Below, piece after piece: positions 10,281 through 20,862 of a stretch of 64,000 nt of DNA. The number at the start of each line of letters is the position of its first letter. The stretch's first letter is position 1. The stretch covers positions 160,001 through 224,000 of the forward strand of contig JALGVJ010000001.1 in the NCBI GenBank assembly GCA_029838195.1, in the 5' to 3' direction. This DNA comes from Promethearchaeota archaeon (GTDB lineage: Archaea > Asgardarchaeota > Lokiarchaeia > Sigyniarchaeales > SOKP01). The position numbers and the translations under genes were made by a program. The notes beneath the pieces were generated by a model, which saw only the letters and a list, made by a program, of their open reading frames with translations, did no database searches and was not told the origin of the DNA.

Positions 10281-10574
10281 ATGAAAATAGTCACTGTAAA
10301 TATCCCAGAATCATTTATCGATGTCATTGAGAAGTTAGTAGGTGAAAATGGTATATATCCTTCAAGATCTGAATTAATTCGTTGTGCAGTACGCGACTTT
10401 CTTTTAAAAGAGTTACAATCTGCAAAGGATTTAACTCTTCTTAATGAACCGGAATTTGAAGAATCCGTGAAAGATGATAAATATGTAAAAATTCCTATTG
10501 AACGAATTGGAGAAAATGATGAACCCATCAGGGAATTTAAAACTTATAAGATTATAAAACGATTAGAATATTAG
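10281..10574 (+). CDS. Ribbon-helix-helix (CopG/NikR-type) transcriptional regulator
   Basis: MKIVTVNIP...LV..GIYPSRSELIRCAVRDFL RHH signature. Confidence 0.85.
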   Translation: MKIVTVNIPESFIDVIEKLVGENGIYPSRSELIRCAVRDFLLKELQSAKDLTLLNEPEFEESVKDDKYVKIPIERIGENDEPIREFKTYKIIKRLEY

Positions 10575-10806
10575 TTTTGGGATGAAGTTAGGAGGGCATT
10601 AATTTATTTCTATTTTTCTTTTTTTTATTTTTTTAATCAACTTCTCTTTTTTTTTTGTTTATTTGGACATTTTAAAATCTCTCTCACGCTACAAGAGAAT
10701 ATTTTTTATTTCCGATCAGCTTTAGGAAATTCTTATTTCAACTGGTTGCAAGTATTCTCTTTAAAATAATAGTTGGATAAAAATAAACGCTTGTAAAAAT
10801 AAAGTT

Positions 10807-11685
10807 TTAATCAATTAAATTAATATTATGTTCTCTCACTACTTTTTTAAATTCGTGCGCTTGATACGCTGATGCAAAACATTCTTTTGCATCCTCAATT
10901 GCCCCATAGAAAATAAAATTCGAAAACCACGAGGCTATGAACATGATGCTAGCTTTTCGAAACTTGGTATGGAATTTAACGTTCAATCGAGGAGAAGAGT
11001 ATTTGAATAGAAAAAGAGTAGGAGCTGTTCCCACGGGTAAATACAAGGAAGTAGAAACTAATCGTTGAAATTCTAAAATGTGAGCTAATGATTCCAAATT
11101 TACAACGCCTCCATCTATCCAAATTCTTTCTACTCCTAATTTTTGAACGCCTTGAATTAAAGATTGACCGGTGGATTCATCCTTTTTCGTAATGTAATTA
11201 AATCTTTGTGTGGAAGTCATGTTTTCCGAACCAACAATCAATATGACGATGGAATTTATCTTATTTTCACGAATGACCTCTAATTCTTTTGGATTTTTTA
11301 GATTAGAAATGGTGTTATAAATGTAATCCATGGGTTTTATTCCCCTTTCTTTTAAATATTGAATACCTGCCATGCGTGCTTCAAAAGTTCCTCCCAAAAC
11401 AAAAGGAGTCTCAAAATTATCGAGATAAAATGAAAGATATCGTTCTATGGACTCAGGAGTATCTCCTGAGATTTCAATTAAACCCGGCAAGTGGTATTTT
11501 TCTGATAATTCAAAGTGTTGTTTTATCCGTTTTTTTGCTTTTTCATCGTTAAATTGGGAAGGATTCATTCTATCTACGATCGTTTCTCCTTGATAAAAAA
11601 TGGTTCCAATAAGAACAGGGGGCAATTCAAAATTTCCCCGACCTAATTTCACGTTATTATAAATAAAAGGATCTTTTTCAGACAT
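10807..11685 (-). CDS. MtrH-family pterin-dependent methyltransferase
   Basis: G..ELPPVLIGTIFYQG, FNDEKAKKRI, IYNTIS, LPVGTAP, FIFYGAIE resemble MtrH; no other mtr genes nearby. Confidence 0.75.
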   Translation of the reverse strand: MSEKDPFIYNNVKLGRGNFELPPVLIGTIFYQGETIVDRMNPSQFNDEKAKKRIKQHFELSEKYHLPGLIEISGDTPESIERYLSFYLDNFETPFVLGGTFEARMAGIQYLKERGIKPMDYIYNTISNLKNPKELEVIRENKINSIVILIVGSENMTSTQRFNYITKKDESTGQSLIQGVQKLGVERIWIDGGVVNLESLAHILEFQRLVSTSLYLPVGTAPTLFLFKYSSPRLNVKFHTKFRKASIMFIASWFSNFIFYGAIEDAKECFASAYQAHEFKKVVREHNINLID

Positions 11686-11913
11686 GGGCTATCATTATTG
11701 ATTATTCTTATTTAATCTCTCGTAATATTAATTATCATTTACGACAGTTTTTATTTTTTAAAAAAATAATGCAATGTCTTTATTAAATCTTATATAATGA
11801 TTTTATTTATAGTTTGGACTTGAAAAGAAAAACACTTTATCCTAAGAGTTGTAGAATTGGATAAATTTAATTCCTACTTCAGCTTCCAAGGGTTTTAATT
11901 TAAAATTATAATA

Positions 11914-13110
11914 TTATTGAAGATTTAACTTAGCGGAACAAATCTTACACAAGGAGTTCTCCAATTTTTCAAAACATTCTTCATGATATAAAGTTTCACA
12001 TTCAGGATTATTACACATGATTACGTGTTGGTCGGGCTCAAAAATAAAATTACAAACAGGACAAGATTTATATAATGCCCCTTCTCCCAATTCACTCACG
12101 ACATGCCTGGTTGCAGCAAATTCTTTAGGTGTAATTCCTGAATTCAAGCTTGTTTTAGAAGTCGCTAATATTTTTAGACGTTTTACTTGACTTACCTCCG
12201 AAGGAATTTTCAACAAGTAGAAGCAATGAGGGCATCTCACCACGGCAGCTTTATTAAAAACTTTATCTTTTTGAGAATCCGCCCATTCGGAAAGACAGTG
12301 AATGTGAAAAGGAGCTTGACAATTCGGACAATATCGTCCGGTAAGAAAGAAACTTCCCCCCGTGATGGGATCTAGTTCTTTAAAACAGATAGAACATTTT
12401 TTATAATCAGCTTCTCCCCGAATCTGTTTTATTCTTTCTTCTTGATCTTTTGTCATATCTTGTAAGTTTAATAAGGGTGCGGCGATTTTCCTGGCAAAAG
12501 CAGGGTTTTCTAAAGGAGTTTGAGTTTTTTTACCAAAAGATTTTATATTAGAATATGCTACCTTACGCACTGCTTCTTGGAGGCTCTCAATAGTATTGAT
12601 ATAAAAGTACGTCCCTCCTGTTATGTCCGTCAAGCGTTTTAACACGTTAATATTAGAGGTTTCCCCTAGTCGAAACACGTCAATTTCAATCCCCAATCCC
12701 GCTGCTATTTTAGCCATTTTTACAAGATCTTTCTCATCCCCTAAATTATTGCCATCCGAAACGATAAGTATCTTCGGATTCTTCGCTCCGACTTTCCTTA
12801 ATTCCGTAATTTCCATTTTTATTGCTAAAGCCAAAGCCTCTCCCAGGGAAGTAGTTCCATTATATTCCAGCGAATCTAAACTTTCCTCTAAAACGGAGAA
12901 TATATTGGAAAATTCAATGATTTTTTCAGCTGTATCAGAAAATTGAATAATAGCAAATGAACTTGAATTGTCGACCTCTAACCGTTCTTTAATTAAAGAC
13001 TTTAAAGCGTGTTTAACAGATTCCAAACGCGTCGGTTCATAATCCGTACGACGCATGGAGCGAGAAGTATCAATTAAAATGGCTATATTCTCGGGAATTC
13101 TTGACGACAT
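11914..13110 (-). CDS. vWA domain (Rpn10/Ssl1-like) protein with two C4HC3 RING/PHD-type zinc fingers
   Basis: MIDAS DTSRS, DYEPTRL, SDG; CSIC..CPNC-x4-H-x2-C..CPHC and CPVC..CNNPEC-x4-H-x2-C..CKIC. Confidence 0.8.
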   Translation of the reverse strand: MSSRIPENIAILIDTSRSMRRTDYEPTRLESVKHALKSLIKERLEVDNSSSFAIIQFSDTAEKIIEFSNIFSVLEESLDSLEYNGTTSLGEALALAIKMEITELRKVGAKNPKILIVSDGNNLGDEKDLVKMAKIAAGLGIEIDVFRLGETSNINVLKRLTDITGGTYFYINTIESLQEAVRKVAYSNIKSFGKKTQTPLENPAFARKIAAPLLNLQDMTKDQEERIKQIRGEADYKKCSICFKELDPITGGSFFLTGRYCPNCQAPFHIHCLSEWADSQKDKVFNKAAVVRCPHCFYLLKIPSEVSQVKRLKILATSKTSLNSGITPKEFAATRHVVSELGEGALYKSCPVCNFIFEPDQHVIMCNNPECETLYHEECFEKLENSLCKICSAKLNLQ

Positions 13111-13398
13111 TTTAATATAATTATATCATTTTGCTTATTTATTTTTTTAGAAATAAAAAACCATTTCTTGAGCTTCCAAAATTCTATGGAATAAAAATTA
13201 TAATGAAATATTTTTAATTTACCAATTTTTTTCTTGCCTTACTTTTTTTAAACTTCGAGCTCCAGCCTTAAAAATGTCGTTTTCTAATCTCTATTTTTTT
13301 TTTATAAAGTTAAAAACAAAAAATTAAAAAAACATATTTTTGTTAATGATAATAATACAATACAAAAATTATAATTCAAAAAATCTCTAATTAAAATC

Positions 13399-14601
13399 AT
13401 GGCCCTTCAAGAAAATCTCTCAAAAATAAGGGACTTTTTCAAATCTAATGTTTCCATAAATGATATTGAGGCTCTCCTTCAATTTCCTCCAGATACTTTA
13501 GTGGGAATTGACCAGATAAGTGCTGAAAAACTTGCTCAACAAGAAATAAATACTATTGAGGATTTAGCAAAAATAAATGAAAATAATCCTCCAGAGATTA
13601 GGGGAATACCTCCAATAATTTTAGTAAAATGGATCAAGATTGCAAAATTACTTCAAAAAAATGTAAGCGAGCAAGTAAAATTACAGAAAAAATTGTTAAT
13701 GATCGGATTAGATAATTCCGGGAAATCGTCTATTTTAGCTGTGGCTCAAGATAAATTTTCCATAGTAAAAGATTTATTGCCTACCAAAGGTGTAAAACGA
13801 GAAAGATTAGACTTTTTTGGCTATCCCATCATATCTTGGGATTTAGGCGGCCAAATTCAATATAGAGAGAATTATTATTTTAATAAACCTGAACTCTTCT
13901 TTACAGAAGTAGACCTCATTTTATATGTGGTAGATATTCAAGATGAAAATAGATTTGAAGAATCTGTTAATTATTTTGAGGAAGTAAATAAAATATTAAA
14001 AGAATTGGGAGAAACCCCTCCAATGGTGATCGTCCTTCATAAAAGCGACCAAGACTTAAGAAAGACCCTCCGCTGGCAAAAAAATGTAGCTACAGTGAAA
14101 AAAGAATTTGATCCTATAATTGAAAAATATGAAATTGACGCAGATTATATTGATACGACGATTTTTCAAAAAGAAACAATTCTCCAGATGTTTAGTATCG
14201 CTCTCAAGAAAATATCTGAAACTTCAGAAATTATTGAACATATTTTATTAGATTTCTCATTAAGCGTACAAGGCAGGGGCGCATGTTTAATCTCTTTGGA
14301 TGGCCTCATTTTTGGTAGTTATACTAAAGATAAAGTGGATGAAAAACTATTACATAATACTGCTTTATTGTTACAAACCCTTACCAATTTTCATAAAACG
14401 ATAGGATTAAAACAAGAACATGTTCTCTCTCTCGAATTTCATAGAAATGGGTTTACAATTCGGGGAGAGAAATTATTTGAATATTCTGAATTAGAAATCC
14501 CCGTATTTCTATGGACACTTTCGGAACAACCAGAATTAGTTATTGAAAAAATCAAGTATTTTAGAGACCAATTACTTCCTTTAATAAATTTATTTCTTTA
14601 A
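13399..14601 (+). CDS. Arf/Rag-like small GTPase with N-terminal HhH/SAM-like domain and C-terminal roadblock-like domain
   Basis: GLDNSGKSS, PT, WDLGGQ, HKSD; N-terminal LVGIDQISAEKL..EINTIEDLA; C-terminal GACLISLDGLIFGS. Confidence 0.8.
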   Translation: MALQENLSKIRDFFKSNVSINDIEALLQFPPDTLVGIDQISAEKLAQQEINTIEDLAKINENNPPEIRGIPPIILVKWIKIAKLLQKNVSEQVKLQKKLLMIGLDNSGKSSILAVAQDKFSIVKDLLPTKGVKRERLDFFGYPIISWDLGGQIQYRENYYFNKPELFFTEVDLILYVVDIQDENRFEESVNYFEEVNKILKELGETPPMVIVLHKSDQDLRKTLRWQKNVATVKKEFDPIIEKYEIDADYIDTTIFQKETILQMFSIALKKISETSEIIEHILLDFSLSVQGRGACLISLDGLIFGSYTKDKVDEKLLHNTALLLQTLTNFHKTIGLKQEHVLSLEFHRNGFTIRGEKLFEYSELEIPVFLWTLSEQPELVIEKIKYFRDQLLPLINLFL

Positions 14602-14687
14602 TTTTTCCTTTCCTTACTAGTTTACAAGAGATTCTTGGATTTCCCTTATATCTTTTTTTTATTGAATTTTTTTGCATTTAAAATCTT

Positions 14688-14900
14688 CTAATCTAAAGCA
14701 TCATGAGCTGCTATTAAATGATCATTACACAGTTTCATTTGTTTAATTGCTTCATTTAATTGTTCAACAATGAATTTTAATCCATGAGATTTAGCGATAT
14801 CGCGCCATTTAATAAATGATTCCACGTGTGAATCATTATGCTCCGCCCAATGCTTTAATAACTTTTTTAACTTAAGGAGTTCTTTTTCTTTACCATTCAT
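14688..14900 (-). CDS. Small His-rich helical protein (HWxxHNxxH motif), possibly metal-binding
   Basis: KLKKLLKHWAEHNDSHVESF; GGAGG upstream. Confidence 0.7.
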   Translation of the reverse strand: MNGKEKELLKLKKLLKHWAEHNDSHVESFIKWRDIAKSHGLKFIVEQLNEAIKQMKLCNDHLIAAHDALD

Positions 14901-15523
14901 GTTAAAACACCTCCATTAAAGAATAGAATTATAAAAAAATCATGATTAGTACTTAGGAAATAATTATTTCTAATAAAAAAATTTAACAAAAAAAAAAAGA
15001 ACTAATGAAAAACCCATGAAAAGACATTTTGAATAAGAGATTTTCCTAAAAAATCTCGCTCTGGATTCCTCACGATTTCCATGGAAAAAATGAAAAATCT
15101 AAAATCATGACATGAAAAAAAGGAAATAATTTTTTATGTAGGAAAACAAAGTTTCTAGTGAGGCGGAAATTGCCAATAAGATCTTGACCCCTTTAACATT
15201 TATTCCCTCTAAATCTCTTTACCTGAGAAATTTTTATTTAATCCTTCGCTTTCATGGAGGAAAATTACGAGGTAAAACTTTATTAATATATACTAAAAAT
15301 TCACTCTTTTTATTCTAATTATAAAATATACTTTCATGAAAAGTTCGATTATTAATTAACCTTGAAAGTTTATTAACGTTTCTAAATAATTTTAAATACA
15401 TCTATATCCATGCCCGTTATCCATTATAAAAACATTTATATATAATTATTGATCAAATATTAAACATCAGATTTTATCCAAAATTTTAATGAAATTTATA
15501 CAAAAATTAAGGAGGAAAAATTT

Positions 15524-16915
15524 ATGAATGATTCAAATAATAATCAAGAAATTGCATCGACTAAGAAAATGTTGTCTTATTCTCTAGGATTTGTCATTAC
15601 CAATAGCATTGGATACGGCGTTTCTCAAGTGTTGTTTTATTTCTATGAAGTTGAGGTAAGACTCCCCGTTGTTCTGGTCGGTTTCTCGTTTGTTATTTTC
15701 GCTATATGGAACGCTATCAATGATCCGCTTGTTGGATATCTAACTGATAGGCCCTTTAAATTCACGAAAAAATGGGGCATGCGATTTCCTTGGATATTAA
15801 TCGGTGGCGTTCCTACTCTTATTTTCTGGATGCTCCTATTCATTCCCCCAGATATTGATCCCTTGAACCCTTGGCCAGTTTTTCTATTTTTCGTGATAAT
15901 GGCATGTGCCATGGATGGATTTTTTTCTCTTTATGCTACTCACTTAGGAGCGGGTTATACCATTCATTTTCGCACGGATGAAGAAAGGAGAAAAGCCGGA
16001 GCATTTAATAATGCAATTCCTCAGACAGTTGGTTTATTTTTAGGATTCATCTTTCCATTAATATATGTTTATGGTCAAAAGAGCACTGCTTCTCTTGCAG
16101 TTTTTTATTTAGTATTAGCATATGCTGTTTGTTTAATTTTCCTAATTCCAGGTATAAAAGAATCAGACATTATTAAGGAGCGTTTTCTTCAAGGATATAA
16201 GACGGAAAAGCATCTCTCTTTCTTCCAAACAATGAAAATTGCCTTAAAAAGGAAAAATTATCTGGTTACCATTATCATTTTCTTATTCACGAGCACGGCT
16301 TGGAACCTCTATCTTTCCTCAGGAATCTATTTTGTCAAGGATATATTAAGAAAACCTTTAAGCGTAAATGTTTTCATTAGTATAGGATCCTTTCTAGGAT
16401 TTGTTGGTTTCATCCCCATGTGGGTAAAGATTGCCGGAAAAATTGGACACGTGAAAACCATGAAAATCGGTTTAATAATCGCAGGAATTTCATGTTTGCC
16501 ATCACTATGGATTACAACCGTGTGGGAGGCTGTATTTTACAGCTTCGTAGGGGGAATAGCGTTTGGGGCTCATTCCATAATGATTGGCCCAATAACCGCC
16601 GCTGTATATGATGAAATCACGGTAGAAACAGAAAGGCATCAAGAAGCGAAACTTGAAGGAGTTCGAACCTTTTTCTTGCGATTTGCGTTCATTCTTCAAG
16701 CACTCATCATTACAGTCATTCACATTCTCACACAATATAATCCCGATCCTCTTGCGATTCAGACTCCCTTGGCAACTTGGGGAATTCGCATTCAAATGGC
16801 TTTGGTTCCTTGTTTGTTTTATATAGCAGCAGCTCTCATGATGATATTTTTTTACAATCTCACGGAAGTAAGAGAACGCGAAATTAGAGCAAAAATGCTA
16901 CGATTAAAACTTTAA
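15524..16915 (+). CDS. MFS glycoside-pentoside-hexuronide (MelB-like) symporter
   Basis: WNAINDPLVGYLTDR..WGMRFPW; ~12 TM. Confidence 0.9.
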   Translation: MNDSNNNQEIASTKKMLSYSLGFVITNSIGYGVSQVLFYFYEVEVRLPVVLVGFSFVIFAIWNAINDPLVGYLTDRPFKFTKKWGMRFPWILIGGVPTLIFWMLLFIPPDIDPLNPWPVFLFFVIMACAMDGFFSLYATHLGAGYTIHFRTDEERRKAGAFNNAIPQTVGLFLGFIFPLIYVYGQKSTASLAVFYLVLAYAVCLIFLIPGIKESDIIKERFLQGYKTEKHLSFFQTMKIALKRKNYLVTIIIFLFTSTAWNLYLSSGIYFVKDILRKPLSVNVFISIGSFLGFVGFIPMWVKIAGKIGHVKTMKIGLIIAGISCLPSLWITTVWEAVFYSFVGGIAFGAHSIMIGPITAAVYDEITVETERHQEAKLEGVRTFFLRFAFILQALIITVIHILTQYNPDPLAIQTPLATWGIRIQMALVPCLFYIAAALMMIFFYNLTEVREREIRAKMLRLKL

Positions 16916-17035
16916 ACATGAAAACTTTGTAAACGGGTGGCGGAGATATTGATTTATTAATTAATTATAAATCATTTTATTTTTTAATATAAAAACACAA
17001 GCAATTATCATGTATTAAACAAGAGTAAAAAAATC

Positions 17036-17920
17036 ATGAAAGAATTTAAAGATAAAGTTGCAGTAATAACGGGCTCTGCAAGCGGTATCGGTCAAGGGAT
17101 TGCAAGACGTGCCGCAAAAGAAGGGATGAAAATTGTATTGGCAGATATAGAAGAAGAGGCACTAAAACAAACAGAAGAAGAACTAAAACAAGCCGGATCA
17201 CATGTCCTTTCTGTAATAGTAGATGTTTCAAAACTTCACGACATTGAAAATTTAGCAAAAAAAACGATTGATGAGTTCGGAGAAGTACATCTTTTATGCA
17301 ATAATGCCGGAGTAGGAGCTGGGTGTTTTTTATGGGAATGTGATATTCATGATTGGAATTGGGTAATGGGAGTAAATCTATGGGGGGTTATATACGGTAT
17401 TCGAACATTTGTTCCAATAATGCTCCAACAAGATAATGAATGCCACATCGTTAATACAGCATCCGTGGCAGGAATATTACCGGGAGAACCGGCGAATGGC
17501 ATTTATAGCATTACAAAACATGGTGTAGTAGCCCTCTCTGAGAGCCTTCGAGCAGCATTTGATTATCTTAAATGTAAAATCGGTATATCTGTACTTTGTC
17601 CGGGCATTGTAAAAACTCGGATTACAAATTGTGAGAGAAATCGCCCTCAAGAATTCCGTGGTATAAATTATATTTCTAGTCAAGAACGCCTTATTCAAAA
17701 ACATCCGGAAATTGAAAAATATGTCGATAATTACATTAAAGCATTTGAAAAAGGTACATCCCCAGATCAAGCTGGTGATATCGTCTTTGAAAGCATCAAG
17801 AGAAAAATTTTTTATATATTTACGGAAACAGGTTTTTCATGGAAAAAACTAATGGAAGCTCGATTTAATAGTATTATAAAGGATTTTGAACAAATAGATA
17901 CCCTTTTAAAAAAGATGTAA
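17036..17920 (+). CDS. Short-chain dehydrogenase/reductase
   Basis: TGSASGIG, NNAG, YSITK. Confidence 0.95.
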   Translation: MKEFKDKVAVITGSASGIGQGIARRAAKEGMKIVLADIEEEALKQTEEELKQAGSHVLSVIVDVSKLHDIENLAKKTIDEFGEVHLLCNNAGVGAGCFLWECDIHDWNWVMGVNLWGVIYGIRTFVPIMLQQDNECHIVNTASVAGILPGEPANGIYSITKHGVVALSESLRAAFDYLKCKIGISVLCPGIVKTRITNCERNRPQEFRGINYISSQERLIQKHPEIEKYVDNYIKAFEKGTSPDQAGDIVFESIKRKIFYIFTETGFSWKKLMEARFNSIIKDFEQIDTLLKKM

Positions 17921-17994
17921 AATATATTATCATGGATATTTTAATATCAGAATAAAAAATAAGAATAAAAAAATTTAAAATTTAATTTTTTTCC

Positions 17995-20346
17995 TTATTG
18001 ATGACATAATCGCTCGAGTAGGGTAGGATCCACGATTTCCTTTGGTTTCCAACCTTTCTGCTTTAAATATTCTATGATCTCGTCTTTCATATTGATGGGG
18101 ATGTCTGCCTCCACCCGAATGAATTTTTCAAGGTCATTCGGAAATTTCACTCCTTTGTATTTCCTTTCTAAATCAATCCAATGGCTTAATTTGATCATTC
18201 GTCCCTTGCTATTATCGGCAGGACGTAAGCACATTTTTGCCACTAAACAAATGGCTTGTTCTATGGTTTCTGCCGTAGTTAATAAATGCTCGGGACAGGG
18301 ACCAACTACATGACCACCAGTACCATCTCGCGCATTATATACTTTCCAAGCTTCCTCATCATCAGATCTTCCAAGATACATCCTTCTATATTCTGCTGAA
18401 TGAGGTCCACACACAGCAGGAATGCCCATGCCATTACAACTACTTGCAATACTTGCCGCTTTCTGACTCATTGCACCCCAAGCTACTCCGCAAGCACCAA
18501 CGCGATTCAGAATGTAATCCGCAATTTCTTCATAATTTCCTCGAAGCGGTCTTCGTGCGAAGATATTTGCAACCTTTATAGCGGCTCCATTAATGTGAGG
18601 ATTTGAGACGCAAGAACCGACATTTACTAACCCTCCTTTGTCGAAATCTCCGGGGAATCTATCATATAATGTTTTGCCTTCTTCATCTTTGACCAAACCA
18701 ATGTCCATTGCTCCGCATCCCGAAACCACGACAATATAATTACGCTTGCAAAATTCTTCTGCCATCATGTATAATTCTTGAATTTCCTTACCATAATTTG
18801 CACATCCTATGATAGCAACGATCCCCGGAATCTCGCCTAATACGATTGGAGCTCCAACATTTCTTATTTCTGTATCTTGTATTGGACCCCTTCCTACTCG
18901 TAAATTAAATTTTTCATTTCTAATCTTTTCTCTTCCGGCATACATTATCAAAGTAAGCGGTGAAACCTCTTTCATGCAATCTGCTTCACATCGTCCACAA
19001 TCTAAACAAGCATCAAAACATTCATTTGCCAATACAGAAAAATTTCCCTCTTTTGCTAATTTCACGCCTTCCACGAGAGGTAAATCATTCGGACAATTTC
19101 GTTGACAATTCCCGCAACCAGTACACCTTAAGGCCATTTCAATGCAGCCCTCTTCATCCGGTACTGCGCTTTTAGCTTTCCTGATAGGCTTTACCTTGAT
19201 TGCCGTTTTCACAGCAACCTTTCCCGCTTTAATGGGATCTAAAATTAGTACCCCTTTCGCCTTTCCACTTACCAAATCTTCCACGATCTCATCAACGGGG
19301 TCATTAGTCCTATCAGGTAACCCATTCATGTTTTTTTCATTTGTAGCGATGAATGGGGCATTAACTAATTTTGCTTGTTCAAAACATCTCAAATTGACGC
19401 ATTGCTCATCAACCATGACTACATCCGCTAACCCGGAACGGATGAAGTGCATTTGACGAGCTAAAGACCCTACAATTTTCGCTCCACTATAATATCTGGT
19501 TAAATCAAGGGCTGTACAGCAGATTGCTCCTACATCTACTTTATTTTCTAGCCCTTCAGATCTTAAATAATCTACCAATTCAATACCGGGGGCTACATTA
19601 TGTCCGATCATTAAAATAGTAGCCTTGTTCTCTGTATCTAATGTCCCCATTCCTAACTCTACTATGGGTACATCTGCCTCTCCCATCGGAAATCCATAGG
19701 CTGCAATTTGAACAGCATCCGCAATTTCCATGCCCACAGCATCTGCTAAACCAGCTAAAAAACTTTTTGCTTCAAAATCTAAATAACTTGCTTCTTGACC
19801 CGTATGTCCGCTCGCAAGTAAATGAGTGATGGTATAGTGAACCCATTCCATTGCAGTCTCCAGATCTTCTAAAGTTTCTGGTTTCATTCCTACAATTAAT
19901 CTCGTACAAGGCATCTCTACAGCAATATTATTCCCATAATTAATTGGAACATTTCCATACTTCTCTTTTAACCAATGAAGAAGATGGTCTCCATGAGCTG
20001 AATGACAACTAGCTCCAATACAACATGCTATTTCTACCATCCTTGCTTGTTGCGTTTCCATGTTAATTCCACAAGCACCCGTCCGCCCCTTGGAAAGATT
20101 GCATTTTCCGAACGTACATAGACAACACATGTCACAGATTGGCATGTAAAATGGTTTGTAGCGTTCCATGAGCTTAAAAAACCAAGAACGTAGAGTTGGA
20201 ATATGTGGACAAGGAGTAGGCCCCATGGGTTCCCATTCCGTCTCATCACCTAAATGGATTTTACCGGTGGTGAATTCAAAGCCCTTAATAATTCCGAGAG
20301 GTCCTTTATATTCGTCGATTTTTAATTTTGCGCCTTTTTTAGACAT
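17995..20346 (-). CDS. cdhA: Acetyl-CoA decarbonylase/synthase complex alpha subunit (CO dehydrogenase)
   Basis: CDMCCLCTFGKC, GHN, CCT, DEQC, two CxxCxxCxxxC ferredoxin motifs, GCANY, SGCG, GSCVSN, WGAMSQKA. Confidence 0.95.
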   Translation of the reverse strand: MSKKGAKLKIDEYKGPLGIIKGFEFTTGKIHLGDETEWEPMGPTPCPHIPTLRSWFFKLMERYKPFYMPICDMCCLCTFGKCNLSKGRTGACGINMETQQARMVEIACCIGASCHSAHGDHLLHWLKEKYGNVPINYGNNIAVEMPCTRLIVGMKPETLEDLETAMEWVHYTITHLLASGHTGQEASYLDFEAKSFLAGLADAVGMEIADAVQIAAYGFPMGEADVPIVELGMGTLDTENKATILMIGHNVAPGIELVDYLRSEGLENKVDVGAICCTALDLTRYYSGAKIVGSLARQMHFIRSGLADVVMVDEQCVNLRCFEQAKLVNAPFIATNEKNMNGLPDRTNDPVDEIVEDLVSGKAKGVLILDPIKAGKVAVKTAIKVKPIRKAKSAVPDEEGCIEMALRCTGCGNCQRNCPNDLPLVEGVKLAKEGNFSVLANECFDACLDCGRCEADCMKEVSPLTLIMYAGREKIRNEKFNLRVGRGPIQDTEIRNVGAPIVLGEIPGIVAIIGCANYGKEIQELYMMAEEFCKRNYIVVVSGCGAMDIGLVKDEEGKTLYDRFPGDFDKGGLVNVGSCVSNPHINGAAIKVANIFARRPLRGNYEEIADYILNRVGACGVAWGAMSQKAASIASSCNGMGIPAVCGPHSAEYRRMYLGRSDDEEAWKVYNARDGTGGHVVGPCPEHLLTTAETIEQAICLVAKMCLRPADNSKGRMIKLSHWIDLERKYKGVKFPNDLEKFIRVEADIPINMKDEIIEYLKQKGWKPKEIVDPTLLERLCHQ

Positions 20347-20862
20347 GATATTTCAAACCAATTTATTAATTTTTTTGAATAATATGTTGATTAATAATTG
20401 TTAATATACTCAATTTTTATTAAACTATTTCAATTGAATCTATGATAGACAAGCAATAGGGAATTTAAAAGTTAATTCTTATATTCTAAAATGGAAGTGG
20501 GAAAATCGTTTAAACAAGAAATGTGTGAAATTTCAAACTCATTGAAAAGAAGAATTTCTTAATGGATCTCGATTCTTCTTAATGTTTATTTAAAGAGATT
20601 AGCTGGAAATGTATTTATGTAAAATTCATTGTTCAAAAAAATTGAATGAAAAAATTTTTCCCAAATAAACGAGATATTTTATGAGAGAAGAGAGGGTCAA
20701 ATTACTTTATACATTATTTAGTTAAAAAGGTAAAATATTCCTATTTTATGACCCTTTTTTATATCCTTGTATCTATGAATTGGATTTTGAATTTGTTATT
20801 GAGTCAATATAGAAAAATCTTATAAAAAAAAAGACCTATTCTGAGCATTTGATTGTTACTAT

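Noticed and set aside
10807-11685. Evidence of methanogenesis
   Set aside because: MtrH-family proteins occur alone in non-methanogens; no mcr or mtrA-G here
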